Assembly: GCF_009914755.1 (NCBI RefSeq)
Contig: NC_060928.1
From: the human T2T-CHM13v2.0 reference genome, Homo sapiens
Length of the DNA: 64,000 nt
Strand: one strand, 5' to 3'
The notes beneath the pieces were generated by a model. That model was not told where the DNA came from. It worked only from the letters and a program-made list of their open reading frames with translations, and did no database searches. The position numbers were made by a program, and so were the translations under genes. Below are positions 45,455 through 60,410 of this stretch, piece by piece. The stretch's first letter is position 1. The number at the start of each line of letters is the position of its first letter.

Positions 45455-45990
45455 TCAGTATATTAAAAGGGCAATGCATCATGACCAAATAAGGTTTATC
45501 CCAGAAATCTAAGATTAGTCTAACCTTTGAAAATCTGTCCATGTAATTTACCATATTAGCAAACTAAAACAAACAAAAATAAAAATACCTTAATAATCTC
45601 AGAAATCACATTTGACAAGATCTATCATCCATTCCTGATAAAAAAAAATTATCAGCAAACTGGGAATAGAAGGGGACTTCCCAACCTGATGAAGGGCATC
45701 TGTGAAAACCTTACAGTTTTCATACTTAATGGTGAAAGAATGAATGCTTCCCCCTAAGATCAGGAATAAAACAAAGATTTTCCTTCCCACCACATCTATC
45801 AGCATTGTATTGGCAGTCCTATTCTATACCATCAGGTAAAGAAAAGTAATATAATGTATACAGACTAGGAAGGAGGAAGTAAAACTGTCTTTGTTTTCAT
45901 ATATGATTATCTATTTAGAAAATCTAATGTAATCTATGAAAAACCTACTAAAATTATAAATTAGCAAGCTTACAGAATATATGGTCAACA
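45455..45990 (+). mobile_element. Old L1M ORF2 RT-region fragment
   Basis: It contains catcatgaccaaataaggtttatcccag and gaaggaggaagtaaaactgtc. Confidence 0.7.
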
Positions 45991-46707
45991 TAATGACATA
46001 ATTATGAATACCTATGTACTCAACCCCTCCAACCCAAGAACTAGACTATTCCAAGTAACTTACATCTAGTGTGTGCTTCTCCCTTATTCGATTACCATGC
46101 TTTAAAAACATTTCAATATTTCATATATATATTATATTTCATGGATGCATAATATAGATAAAGGAATGAGAAAAAATTAGAGTGTTAGAATATATATCCA
46201 CTTAGTAAGAGATAAGAATGAGGATTAAGTTTGAGAGATGCTTTATCTATATCTGTTATTCTAATATTTTTAAGGGCAGTGAATTTATAGTTCAATTGTT
46301 TTAATATTTTTAAGTACAAACTTAAAAAAAAAGACTTGAGGTAAATATTCCAAAGTGCTTATTATTATTGGTTGAGTTTCAGCAGCGTTAATATTAATGG
46401 ATTTCTTTTCTTTTTTTACTACTTTCTGTTATTTGTTTCTATACCTTAATATGTTATTTAATTTTCTAGAAACAAAAAGTAAATTGATTTATTTGGGATT
46501 ATGAATGAGAAGTTCTTGTGTACAGTGATTTGAAGGAGTAATAAGAAACCTTCCATATTATCACATGTGGAGATATTAAGATCTATTGGAAAACAAATTC
46601 ACTGTACATGTGTAACACATTTCAATTGATGAGTATATATCAATTTATAACCCGTATTTCAAGTATTTTAGTTATAACTGAGAGTAAGAACTTTTTTTTT
46701 TACTTCA

Positions 46708-47050
46708 TGCTATTGCTGTGGAAGAAATCATGTCAAAACTCAGTGGCTTAAAACAATAGTCATCATTATTCTAACCCACACATCTATGGTTTGGTGGGGG
46801 ATTGACACACTAGGCTGAGCTCAGCTAATCTCAGATTGATTCATTCATTTGTTTGTAATTCAACTGGCTTATTTATGTGTCTGCAAGTCTGCCAGGGCTC
46901 TGCTCTAATGTGGGTTTGTGTGATGCACTGTAGCTGCTCCACACGTGTCTCATCCTTATCCAGAGACCAGCATACAGGCCCAGATATGACCTTCTCATGG
47001 CCATGGCAGAAATGGCAGAGGGTAAGTGGAAACGTGCAAGACCTCTTAAT
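46708..47050 (-). mobile_element. MLT1-type MaLR LTR fragment
   Basis: It contains aaaactcagtggcttaaaacaa...ttctcatggccatggcaga. Confidence 0.6.
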
Positions 47051-47089
47051 AATGTGTGAATAACTGTGGCATACTCTCAGTGTGGATTG

Positions 47090-47290
47090 GCTATGATATT
47101 TTTGATGTGCCAGGCAATGTGCTACACACTTTATATACATTATTCATTTACTTCTCTATCCAGTCTTATGAAGGACTACTATTATCGCAATTATACAGGG
47201 AAGGAAACAGGATTACATGGACACTTGTCCAAGGTTATTGAGTTATTAAGCTGGAAAACCTGAAATCTGAACTTGAGCCTTAGATTTTAG
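47090..47290 (-). mobile_element. MIR
   Basis: It contains atgtgccaggcaatgtgctacacactttatatacatt...acagggaaggaaacagg...acttgtccaaggt. Confidence 0.65.
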
Positions 47291-48895
47291 CCAAGGAACA
47301 AAGGTACCTAGACAAGCACTTAAAATTGCCATGGCTAGTATTTTTGTCATGCATACTATTTTTGTCATGAATAATATTAAAATACATTGTAAAATAGTAC
47401 TTTGGTATATCATATGATTTGCTAAGCTTAATATTCTCTATATCAACATTTGTCCAGCAAGATTTCGAGAGCAATACTTTGTATGATGGGTGAAGAAGAA
47501 ATGCAGTTTGCCTAATTTGCAGATGTGGAGACGTCATTACTTTTTTTCTTTTAACAAACAAAGCACCATTTAATTTTTCTTTCAAAGTGCTTTAAATATG
47601 TTGAAGTCAATTATTTATGTGTTAGATTCTGATATTTGTATATCTGATTTAATTTTTAGAACAGTTCAGTAATTTGATAACCAATGATTCAGACCATTGT
47701 ATCTGTACACATCCATTAAGCACTCCTTTCTCAAACTTTATTGACTTTTTCATTACAACCTTTGAAAGTTACTGGAACATAGCAGAAACTCAAGCTTCAT
47801 CTATGTGGACTCTTATGTTGTTCCAGAGGTTTCATATAAGTATCAAGACATGGTAGGGGCATTTAGTTTTCACTATTATGTTTCTAAACTCTCATCAAAT
47901 GAGCTAGTCATCATCTGATTTGGTCCTTGTCCAACTGCCTACACATGCACTTGCAGAAGTGCTCCTTTTTGCCCAATTGCTTTAATCTCTCTATTACCCT
48001 GTCATCCTTAGGTACACAGGAAATGCTAAGACAGTGTCTAAGGCATCTGCTTTAGCCATCCTTCCATCTATTTAATTATTTGGGACCATACCACCTTTCC
48101 AACCACTACACAGGCTATAGGAAAAATATATTTTTGTTTTTGGATTTCCAAAACCAAAACTAGGGATTTTGCCAGTTCTCCAAGACACAGCCCAGGGAGC
48201 ATTGACTAGCAACATCTCCCTGGGAACCTCTGAAGTCTAAGCTCTCACCACTTCTCCAACTCTCCTGACTTTTCGAACTCAACCCTTCCATTTTCTTGTT
48301 TGAGTCTCTCTGTTCTTCTAAAGTGCTAGGCTTTTGAAATCTTGAAGCTAAGAAGTAAGGTCTCCACTTCTCTCCTGTCTATCACTTTTCTGAGTCAATC
48401 AGCACTGAATGCCTTAGCTGCTGCTAGAATGCTTAAAGGTTGTAGGAGAAGGGAAAATCTAAGACTGCATAAGAGGGGAATACTAGGGATTGTAAAAAAG
48501 TAATTTGTTTTCTAAATATCAGGCCTCATTTCTTTGTATTATCTAGACTATCTGGCTTTCAGGAGGTACATCTTTAAAAGAAAGAAATTGGACTAATTGG
48601 TTTTTCAAGTTGAGCTCTGGGGAACCTAAAGGGATTTGGCTGGTAGCAGAGCTCCCCTCTACCTCTTTTCAACTAATATACCTCTCCTTGCTTTGATCCT
48701 TTTACACACTGAGCTTGGTAAACAATTTTCCTTTAAATAAATGTTTCTAAAATGTTTGAAACCCATTCCATTCGACTTTAATACTCTGTGAATAACATGA
48801 CAGTTGGTAATATAGACCCTTGCCTATTGTCCCTACTGGCCTGCAGTCTCTCCTCATTCCCCAAGTGCATTGGTGTCTGTTTGCAGGAAATACAT

Positions 48896-49053
48896 TTCTT
48901 TTTTCTATTCTATTCTTTTCTTTTCTTTTCTTTTCTTTCTTTCTCTTTCTCTCTTTCTTTCTTCCTTTCTTTCTCCTTTCTTTCTTCCTTTCTCTTTTTT
49001 CTTTCTTTCTTTCTTTCTTTTCTTTCTTTCTTTTCTTTCTTTCTTCTTTCTTT
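48896..49053. repeat. Compound (TTTTC)n/(TTTC)n microsatellite derived from an Alu tail
   Basis: About 140 nt of pure pyrimidine sequence abuts an antisense Alu. Confidence 0.95.
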
Positions 49054-49342
49054 GACAGCATATCACTTTGTTGCCTAGGCTGGTGGCGCCATCGTGGCTC
49101 ACTGTAGCCTCAATCCACCGCCCACCCCTGCCCACCCGGGCTTAAGCAATCTTCCCACCTCACCCTCCCAAGTAGCTGGGACCACAGCCATGCACCACCA
49201 TGTCCAGCTTTGTTTGTTTGCTTGTTTGTTTGTTGCTGTTTGTAGTGACAAGGTTTCCCTATGTTGCCCAGGCTGGTTTTGAACTCCTGGGCTCTGGCGA
49301 TCCTCCCACCTTGGCCTCTTAAAGTTCTGGGATTACAGGTGC
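49054..49342 (-). mobile_element. AluJ-like element
   Basis: It has the J-type strings gtggctcactgtagcctcaa, gggcttaagcaatcttcccacc and tgttgcccaggctgg. The middle linker has become (TTTG)n. Confidence 0.88.
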
Positions 49343-51784
49343 CCTCAGAGAATAAGGTTTGATTGATGGGAGGAAGAAAAGAGAAGCACACATTTGGACC
49401 CCACAGGTCCATTGACTTTGCAGAAATATGGTCCAAGGCAGAAGGTGATGGAACTACTTGAATGATCCTATGAATTTCTGAATATAAGAGGATTCCAAAG
49501 CCCTAGACGATCCAATATGGCACAGAGCAGAGCCCTACTGGCCCTGAGCTCTGTAAGGAACCTAGCACCATCCTGGTACCACAAGGAATAGAAGCTTTGG
49601 GGGCATTCAGATATTGTCCTTGGCATGAATATTATTCTCATGACAGGCATGATAGGCATATCTGTTCAGATAGGAACCAAAGAAGCCAGAGAAAAGAAAA
49701 AGAACAGGAAATGTTCTGTGGTCACTGCCACTGACTCACTGGGTTGTAAACACTTTTTGAGGATTTCTAGAAATAACAGGAGGATACCTGGGAGAAGACA
49801 CTGAGGTTTTTGTATTACTAATGTAGGCTCTATTTATCTAGGATGCATTTAGCCATTATATTACTGTCTGCAAAGCAAATAATGCTGAAGAAAGTTTTTC
49901 TAATCTAGAAAGAAGCATACATTCACACAAATTCCACTCTAATTATTATCTTTATTTATGTAGTAGGACAATTTCCAGCTGAAGAAGTGATCCACCTGAG
50001 TAAGCATTTCCATGGTGTTCCTTTTATATCTGAGTTAGAGTTCTGGTTTTGTTCCCAGCCTTACCTCTGACTCATCATTGTGAAACCAAGAAATCATTTA
50101 GCCTCTCAGCACCTCAAAATCTTTCTTCTGTGAATGAGGATAATGGGTAAACCTTTTCTTGCTTCACTGAATTGTTGTGAAGTTTAATTAGATAATGTTT
50201 ACACAGTCCTTTGAACTCTACTAATTAAAGTGATGTGTAAATATGGCGCTTCCTTTTATCAGGATGGCTTGACTGAGCCATTTCATGAAGTGTTACAGAT
50301 GACTATGATAGGAGTATCCATAGGGAAGTGATTAATTTTTTTTAATTCATGTAAACTCAATTCTGAGATTATCAAATACACATATGAAAATATCCAGTTG
50401 CGGCTGTAATTAGGGAGAATAAGGATATAGCCTCCCACTAGCTGAAGAGCTAATGGTCACACCTTCACATTAGGGAAAGCTTAGCTCCTAGGGTGTAGAC
50501 TAGTGCTCTGTTTGCTTTAGGTATTGCTATCATTTTTTTCTATGTTACCTTTATTCGGTATTTTTTTGCCTAGGCAACATTGGTGATTTATTTTATATTT
50601 GTCATATAATGAATCACAAAATAGCATATTTACAATCCCTTGATGAGAAAGACATAAGCTTTAAAGTAGTGTGAATCTATATAGATGATCCATTGGTTCA
50701 TTTACTTATCAAAGAGATTTTCACCTGAAACAGAAAAATCTTAGATAAATCAGAAATCTTCTTACTAAGTTTCCCAAGGAGACTGTTTTACTCTAATATT
50801 ATCATCTCAATTACTTTTGAAATTCTGCATTAGTAAGAAACCCTTTCTTTTGCCAGAAATAAGTTGATAAAAGGATTAATTAGCTTGGGGGGAAAAAACA
50901 CAAGTTTTTCTCCATAAGCCTTCTTTGTGCGTTAGTGTATAATTATCTTTGTTAGACAGAATTTTCTAAATGATAATATTATAGGTATGTAACAATTCAA
51001 TTTCATATGCTACTGAATGACTCAGAATTTGGAGTTAATATAGTTTATTGAAAACTCAGATAACTAATATGGGAGTTTTGAAAACTGCTAAATATCATAA
51101 TGGGAGTTTACAGCAGGAAATGTTTCTATAAAATCTAGTAGCTTGTTTTTTATACTTGTAATGCATAACAAATACATTATATATAATAATAAATAATGTA
51201 TAAATAATGTATGAATAAATTATGTCTACTTTCATTACCTATGTACTTCAGGGATATGTCTGCTGATGGACCAGCATAACATAAAAGCACTTTGAACTGT
51301 TTGAAACTTCAAATTCAGAGTCTGATTTTCTATCTTCTGAAATATATTTTCTGCCTCAAATCCTCACCAGTATGATATGAGTAGAATTACACAGAAATTT
51401 GAAATTATTTAGGTCCAGGCGGAAGACTTGTCAAAAGTGTGATAGTGCCTTAGTAAACTCTAAGGCATAATAGCAGAGGTGTATTATTTGATATTTCCAG
51501 AAGAAGGCAGATAAGTATAGATTATTTTGATCCAAGGAGACACTAAAGAAAACAAAATACAGATCTAAAACTGTAAAACATGTAGCCTTAGGATGCACAA
51601 AGATAAAATAGAATTCAAATTTGCTACCATGGAGAATAAATATTCTATTTACGGACCTAAGGTCCTGAATGAATCTGTATCCCTACACAATGGGGTTTTT
51701 AGGTATTCTTTTTTTAAATAGAAAGATAAAGGTTAGTTTTAGTCATTAGCTAGTGGTTTTCTTTTTGTCCAAAATTCATTTTAT

Positions 51785-53580
<1,796 letters not shown>

Positions 53581-55638
53581 TTATGTAAGTTCAGACAGAA
53601 GTCAATCTGAAGCTGGATAGATGTAGCCCCAATAATGTTGATGATAATACCAAAGTTTTACCCACAAAAATTCTGGCATCGCTTTGATATCTTCAATTTG
53701 GGCTTGATTTGGATACAAAGGTATTGGTAAGTCTACGTCGCTATCGAAACTAGCTATGAATAGGGCATCCTAAGGGATTTTAAGAAAGAGATAAATCAGG
53801 ACATCATTTAATCTGGCAACTCCCCTTTCAGAGTATCAAATTAACAGGTGTGGGATCACGGAGGAGGAAAGACTGTATTTCTGTTCTAAGCCTGGACATA
53901 AGGAATGTTTAGGAGTTATTGGAAATGCCCACCACCTGCATAGTATGTTTATTCCAAGGGGACTGTTGAATAAGAATAGAAGAGTTTAAGGCTAATATGG
54001 TCATACCTATATCAATCAAAAGGTTGTTCTTTTAACATTATAAGAAATTTCTCCTTGTGAATTTAAGGGTAAAATGAGAAACTGGGCATTTGATTTCCTT
54101 TAAAGCACTTCCATTTTTACATCCTTCATTTTTTCCCTTTATTTTTAATATATTAACTTTTTTGTCAGTGTTCTTTCTGTTTACAGTATCTGCAACTGGC
54201 TTTACCGAGTAACTCCCTGTTCAGGGAGTGTTTAATGATTGGTAATACCGGATTGTTTTATCTGTAGGGGCCTGAATTTGATTTAAGACTTATTTGATTT
54301 TTGTGCCAAGTCCCTTTCAAAATGTTCAACAGGGTGCTAGAGGTCTGGCAATAGGCTGTTTCCCGTTTCTGCTTTTTCTTGTGTTTTAACTCTTTTATTT
54401 CTGGCTTAAGGTCATTCACAAGAAAATGAGCAGAAAGTGAGGCTTCATCTGAATCAGTGTTTACTTCTGAATTCTGTCAAAAGGTGTCAAATAACCTATC
54501 CTTGAACTCCCTAATGAACTTATTCTTTCTTTGCTTATAGGACTGAATCAGAGTCCAATCTATGTTTACAGGAAAGATTTGGGGGATAGCTTCCAAAAGA
54601 CATTCAAAATCTACAGCTTGCAAAATCCCTCTGATTTCTTATGCAATTAGGAATCTTTGTATTACGCCTTTTTATCCAGTTCTTTTGTATCTGAGCATAT
54701 GAAGTAATAGATATCGATTTGAGGAGTATGGGTTTTACATTCCTAAAACTATTCCTGATGTCCCTGCAAATTTTATCGTGGTGAGGCTTTGGGTACATTT
54801 TAATAATGGCTTTTAGCTCAGAATGAGATGAAGTCTTAAAATTAACAATAAGAGTTTTTTTCTGTTCTGACAGGGGCTTAACTTTATAAAATAATGCACT
54901 TTAGGAGTTTCTGGACAGCCAGAAGAAAGGGGGAACAAGTCAGAAGGAGATGGAGAAACACTCTGGGAGAAGAAGAATAATAGGATAAAGGCCATTAAGT
55001 TTGTGTTGAAGTTTGAAGGAATCTAAAAGAGATTAAGTATTTCACTTTTATTTTTTTGCCTCAACAAAGGAATCTTTTAAGGGAATAATTTTGAAGTCTG
55101 AATAATTTTGAATACTTCCTCAAACACATTAACAATGCAAATCATTGGACGTTTGAAATTTTATTCCTTTATGTTCTAAGGCACCTCTCAAATGTACACT
55201 TCTGTTCATATCAAAACGCCTTGAAAATGTCTATTATAATTCTAAATTATCTTTAGTGAAACTAAGCCATTTAGAAAGATAATAAATATAAGAATTTGTG
55301 TTATGGTACAAATACATGTACAAAGAAAGAGTCTGTCAGAGGGGGAATGGTCTTCGGTTTAAACTGAGCCAAGTCCAGCAGAGTCTAGGAACTATCAGGT
55401 GAAAGTACTGCTGTGTACCTCCTGCCTCAGCCCCCCATGGCCTGATGGCTGGGCCTTCTCCAGGTGCAAACCTCACACGTGCAGTTTTCACAGATAGTAA
55501 AGTTTGGAGAGATTTCACGAGACAGACTGGGAAAAGCACTCATAAGATTTTGGTAAGTGACCTCAGGCAAAATTTTTCCAGAGTTTTCCATAGTTCAGAG
55601 GAACTTTCTGAATTTCTCAGTCCTCAAGAACAGTTTGA

Positions 55639-55777
55639 TTTTTTTTTTCTTTTTTCAAGTAGAGATGGGGTTTCACCATGTTGGCCAGGCTGGTCTCAAA
55701 CTCCTGACCTCAAGTGATACACCTCCTTCAGCTTCCCAAAGTGCTGGGATTACAGGCATAAGCCACTACACCCAGCC
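55639..55777 (-). mobile_element. Alu left monomer with its own TSD
   Basis: T tract followed by agagatggggtttcacc...cccagcc. Flanking repeats are tcaagaacagtttga / tcaaaatcagtttga. Confidence 0.85.
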
Positions 55778-56310
55778 TGTCAAAATCAGTTTGAGGATGG
55801 ATTTATCTGGTTTATACCCATTCCCTTTCTGTGAACTTTGCTTTTATAGAGATACAAAAAAATGATAGGGATAGAGATATATAGTGTAGTTAATAATAAA
55901 ACTGATTTCTACCAAGGATAAAAGTTATTCAAATCTGGTCAATCAAAGGATTCCTTAAAAAGGGCTTCTTATTCATAGAAGACAAAATAAATGCAGTTCA
56001 TGGGGAACTTTAAATAACAAAATGTATAAGAGGTCAGACTCAATGTGAGCCATACCTCATTGTAACAGTAGGAGAGACCAACAACTCCTTATCCTAGCAG
56101 GAAGTTCAAAATGCCACAAGGCACTCCTGCTTTTTGACTCAAGTCTTGGATCATTTACAACAGAAGTTCTTGACTAGATCTTTGTGGATCTTTAAGATTA
56201 TTGAATGCTGGTTCCCCAAAAATATCACCGAAACAATTCAATGATATGACAAATCTTAGTTTATGGTTACTGTAGCATGGGTGAGAACTGCATTGACAGA
56301 GCCTTAGTAG

Positions 56311-56505
56311 CAGTGGTATGCTGAAGCTTGCTCCACCAGCCTGTGAGATTGATTCTGAGCATCTCTTCCCCAATCCATGTTCAGTGAGGTCACATTAGTA
56401 GCTTGAAGTCAGCCATGGTAGGACTATTTATGTTGTAGAAATCATCAAATTCTACACATCAGAGATAGTTTTTCTCCTGGAGAGCCAGTTAAACTTAGTA
56501 ACATG
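56311..56505 (+). mobile_element. MER63A-like (hAT-Blackjack MITE)
   Basis: It reads cagtggtatgctg...gcatctcttcccc...ttcagtgaggtcac...gtagcttgaagtcagccatggt...ggagagccagtt. Confidence 0.75.
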
Positions 56506-56570
56506 TTAGGGTGTGGGGGCAAAGTTGAAATATTTATAAGATGTTAGAGTTTGTTTCAAAGCAAGTCTTT

Positions 56571-57671
56571 ATTTTTTAATTTTTCTACTTTAAGTTCCAG
56601 GATACATGTGCAGAATGTGCAGGTTTATTACATAGGTATCCGTATGCCATGGTGGTTTGCTGCACCTATCAACGCATCACCTAGGTTTTAAGCCCTGCAT
56701 AGGTTAGCTATTTGTCCTGATGCTCACCCCACCCCCAACAGGCCCCAATGTCTGTTGTTGCCTTTCCTGTGTCCATGTGTTCTCATTGTTCAACTCCCAC
56801 TTATGAATGAGAACATGCGGTGTTTGGTTTTCTGTTCCTGTGCTAGTTTGCTGAGGATAATGGCTTCCAGCTTCATCCATGTCCCTGCAAAGGACATGAT
56901 CTCGTTCCCTTTTGTGGCTGCATAGTATTCCACAGTGTATATTTACCACATTTTCTTTATCCAGTCCATCATTGATGGGCATTTGGTTTGGTTCCAAGTC
57001 TTTGTTATTGTAAATAGCGCTGCGATAAATATATGTGTGCATGTGTCTTTATGATAGAATGATTTATAATTCCTTGGATATATACCCAGTAATGGGATTG
57101 CTGGGTCAAATGGTATTTCTGATTCTAGATCCTTGAGGAATCACCACACTGTCTTCCACAATGGTTGAACTAATTTATATTCCCACTAATAATATAAAAG
57201 GGTTCCTATTTCTCCACTGCCTCACCAGCATGTTGCTTCTTGACTTTTTAGTAATTGCCTTTCTGCCTGGTGTGAGATGGTATCTCATTCTGCTTTTGAT
57301 TTGCGTTTCTCTAATGATCAGTGATGTTGAGCTTTTTTTTTTTATGTGTATGTTGGCCACATAAATGTCTTCTTTTGAGGAGCACCTGTTCATATCCTTT
57401 GCCCACTTTTTGATGGGGTTGTTTGTTCTTTTCTTGTAAATTTTTTAAAATTCCTTGTAAATTCTGGATATTAGACCTTTGTCATATGGTAGATTGCAAA
57501 AATTTTCTCCTATTCTGTATGTTGCCTGTTCACTCTGATGATAGTTTCTTTTGCTGTGCAGAAGCACTTTAGTTTATTTACATCCCATTTGTCGTTTTTA
57601 GCTTTTGTTGCAATTGCTTTTGGTGATTTCATTGTAAGTCTTTGTCCATGCCTATGTCCTGAGTGGTATTG
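56571..57671 (-). mobile_element. 5'-truncated L1PA8/10-like LINE-1
   Basis: It has a 3'UTR (tcacctaggttttaagccctgcat) and an ORF2 end. The 14-bp TSD caaagcaagtcttt is at 56557-56570 and 57672-57685. Confidence 0.92.
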
Positions 57672-59022
57672 CAAAGCAAGTCTTTTAACATGCCTTATGG
57701 AGGCTTGCTTAGAATTGGATGATTATAATATGAAAGTTTAGGATTGGTGGATACAAAGAGAGGGTTTTGAAGCAAGGGTTTCAAAACATTCTACAGAATC
57801 AGCTGTTTGATGCTACCTACTGAAACATCAAAAGATTTGATATTCATTAAATGAGTTTTTCTTAAGTTCATGCGACAAAATCACTTTCATCTTTCATCTT
57901 TCTGAGCAAGAGTTTCCTGGAGTAAGAAAGTTATGTAGATGAGGACAGCTGAATAATAAAATAATGTTAATATTACAGCTTTTAATATATAAGCTATGTG
58001 AGCATAGATGGTTTTGGTTCTCACATATAATGCTTGAGCCCTCAAATTATGTATAAAAATTAAGGATTGGTTCTATGGAATTATGATAGCAACAACAGAA
58101 AAAGTAAAGCTCATAGGAATAATTCACTTGAAATCATTCATTTTCAACTCTAACAAAAAGAAAAATATCCGGACTGTGCATCCTAATGGTATATGTCTTT
58201 TATTTATCTAATATTTAAATCGATTTTGATTCTGTTTTATCCAATGACAAGAATTTATATTGCATTTGTATACTTGGGGAATTAAACACATCAAGTCTAA
58301 GAACTTTCTTTCCAATATCTATAAAAATACACTGATTGAGCAACTATATGCTTCCGATCATTTGCCTCTGCAAGACAGCAGTGTAAGTAGACTACTTAGT
58401 GTATTTAGCGTAACTAAAATAGAGATTTTGTATGTTTGTCATAATTCCAACCATTAAATATAATTTATATAATTATCTTCTTAAGTAGAATGAATGATAG
58501 AGTCAAAGGTCAACACAACTTCAGAAATGAATTACTTGGGGAAAGAAAGAGGATTTTTTTTTTAATTTGAAAGGACAAAGGAGAATGTTTAAATCATAGA
58601 ATTGAAAGGCATAACTAATACAGAAGTTTGTAAGTCTGGCAGAAGCTTAGAGAAGACCTAGATGCTTCTGCAGTCCAAACACCATGAGGACAGCATGGAG
58701 GAGCAAAATGGGTCCCAGTACCTCTATTGCTTGCATAAGAATGGTGAGACAGAACACTCACACAAATCAGCCAAAGCAGATTTTTTTTTTTTTTTCACAG
58801 ATATGCAGCAAGAATAAACAGAAGCCTAGAATCCTTGGTGAGCCAGCTTCCCAAGGCTCAGGAAACTGCTGAGGGCGAATGGAGTCTTATCTGTGCTTGC
58901 CCCATTGTGACACAGCTGAGGGAACTCAATACACCCTAGATACCACTTGAATTGCTGAGCTGAAGCACTGAGGAACATCCCGTTCTAAGAGGGAGGAGGA
59001 CATAGCCTAGGTTGTACCCAAC

Positions 59023-59102
59023 ACTTTCTCTTTATCTCAAGATGCCCCATTGTAGTTACTAGGATGCCCCATTCTAGAACTACAATGGGATAAAGAGAAA
59101 GT
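59023..59102. repeat. Interrupted inverted repeat (80-nt hairpin)
   Basis: Arms are actttctctttatc/gataaagagaaagt (14 bp), ccattgtagtt/aactacaatgg (11 bp) and ctag/ctag. Confidence 0.9.
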
Positions 59103-59431
59103 CACTGTTAAGTGGCAGGGGAAAGAGCTGGGGCAGCCAAGGTCATCTGGGGATTTGTCCTCCTACAACTAACCTTCCCAGTTCAATCCCTTCTTTATTT
59201 TGAATATTGCTAATAAGGAATAAGGACAATATACAGTTTCTCTTTGTGGTATATTATATTATCCTTAGAATATTCTTTATACTGAGCTAAAAGATACTCC
59301 CTCCCTTTGTGTTTTTTCCTTTCTTCTCTCCAAAACCATATAGAGTAAAATCTTCCTGATTTGCAGTTTAACATATTGAAGAAACTACTATAGTTATTGG
59401 GGTTTTCTCGTTTTGTTTTTAGGTGTATGCA

Positions 59432-59462
59432 TTTGTTTGTTTGTTTGTTTGTTTGTTTGTTT
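59432..59462. repeat. (TTTG)n microsatellite
   Basis: About 7 copies of tttg. Confidence 0.9.
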
Positions 59463-60149
59463 CTGAGATAGGTAGCCTAGGTTCATTTAACCATTCCTCT
59501 AGTGCAGAGGGTTTCACTGTGTGGTCAGTGCACTGGTGATGGTCTGTGACTATTTCTTACCCTCTGCACATATGTTATAGGTCTGCAAGAAGATAGGGAG
59601 CTTGCACCAAACTATAAATCAACACACCACTTATTTCACTGAAAAATTCTTGCTACAAAAAAAAATAAAGTTAGCTGAATTAAACTGTGTTTATTGAGAT
59701 AGTTGCTTTATGTTGTAGCACAAGATTTTATCTTATTGCAGATCACTAATAAGGAATTGAACCAGCTAGTTTGATAGCAAGTGATAAGAATTTGACATGA
59801 TTTCTAGACTGATTCTAACCATTCTTCCCTAGACCAGCCTCCGAAGTACAACCAACTATTCCAGAGAGTTTGCTAAAAATATATTGGAAAATATTACATC
59901 CTTGTATCTGGAGACCATCTTAGTTTTGTATTGAGTTTTTAATCAAGTACAGCACTTCATGAGAATTATACATTTGTTCCCATTCAGATTCTTCTTGATA
60001 CTTAGAATCCGTCATTCCAAAATTACAACCCAGTAACCATTCTGTCCAATTTGATGTCATTTGCAATATGGGCTATGTAGCTACTGGTATGTTAAAAAAC
60101 AAAACAAACAACTACCTTTAAAAAAAATTTTTCCTGAGTCCATGGTTCA

Positions 60150-60410
60150 GCTGATCAGTTATTGTGACCTTGACTCACTCATTTCTGATGAACTTTCTGG
60201 GGCCCGATCAAGCATCTGCCATCACTGGTTGTTGGCAGGGGGCTGATCAGTCTATTATGGCCTCAGCTAAAGTGACTCAGCTTTCCTCTATGGTTCTTGT
60301 ATCCTTCAGTAGGCTAGCTTGAGCTTGTTTTCATGGCCATGACGTGGTTCCAAGAGAGATAAGAAGCACACAAGACCTTTGTAAGGATCAGTCCCACCGC
60401 TGGCCTAGAG
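60150..60410 (-). mobile_element. MLT1-type LTR fragment
   Basis: It contains cagtaggctagcttgagcttgttttcatggc...ttccaagagag...cacaagacct. Confidence 0.5.

Noticed and set aside
48747-49135. Lys/Glu/Arg-rich and Phe/Ser/Leu-rich ORFs
   Set aside because: They are translations of the (TTTC)n microsatellite.
49701-49717. AGAACA-n5-TGTTCT as a steroid response element
   Set aside because: GRE/ARE needs a 3-nt spacer, and this one has 5.
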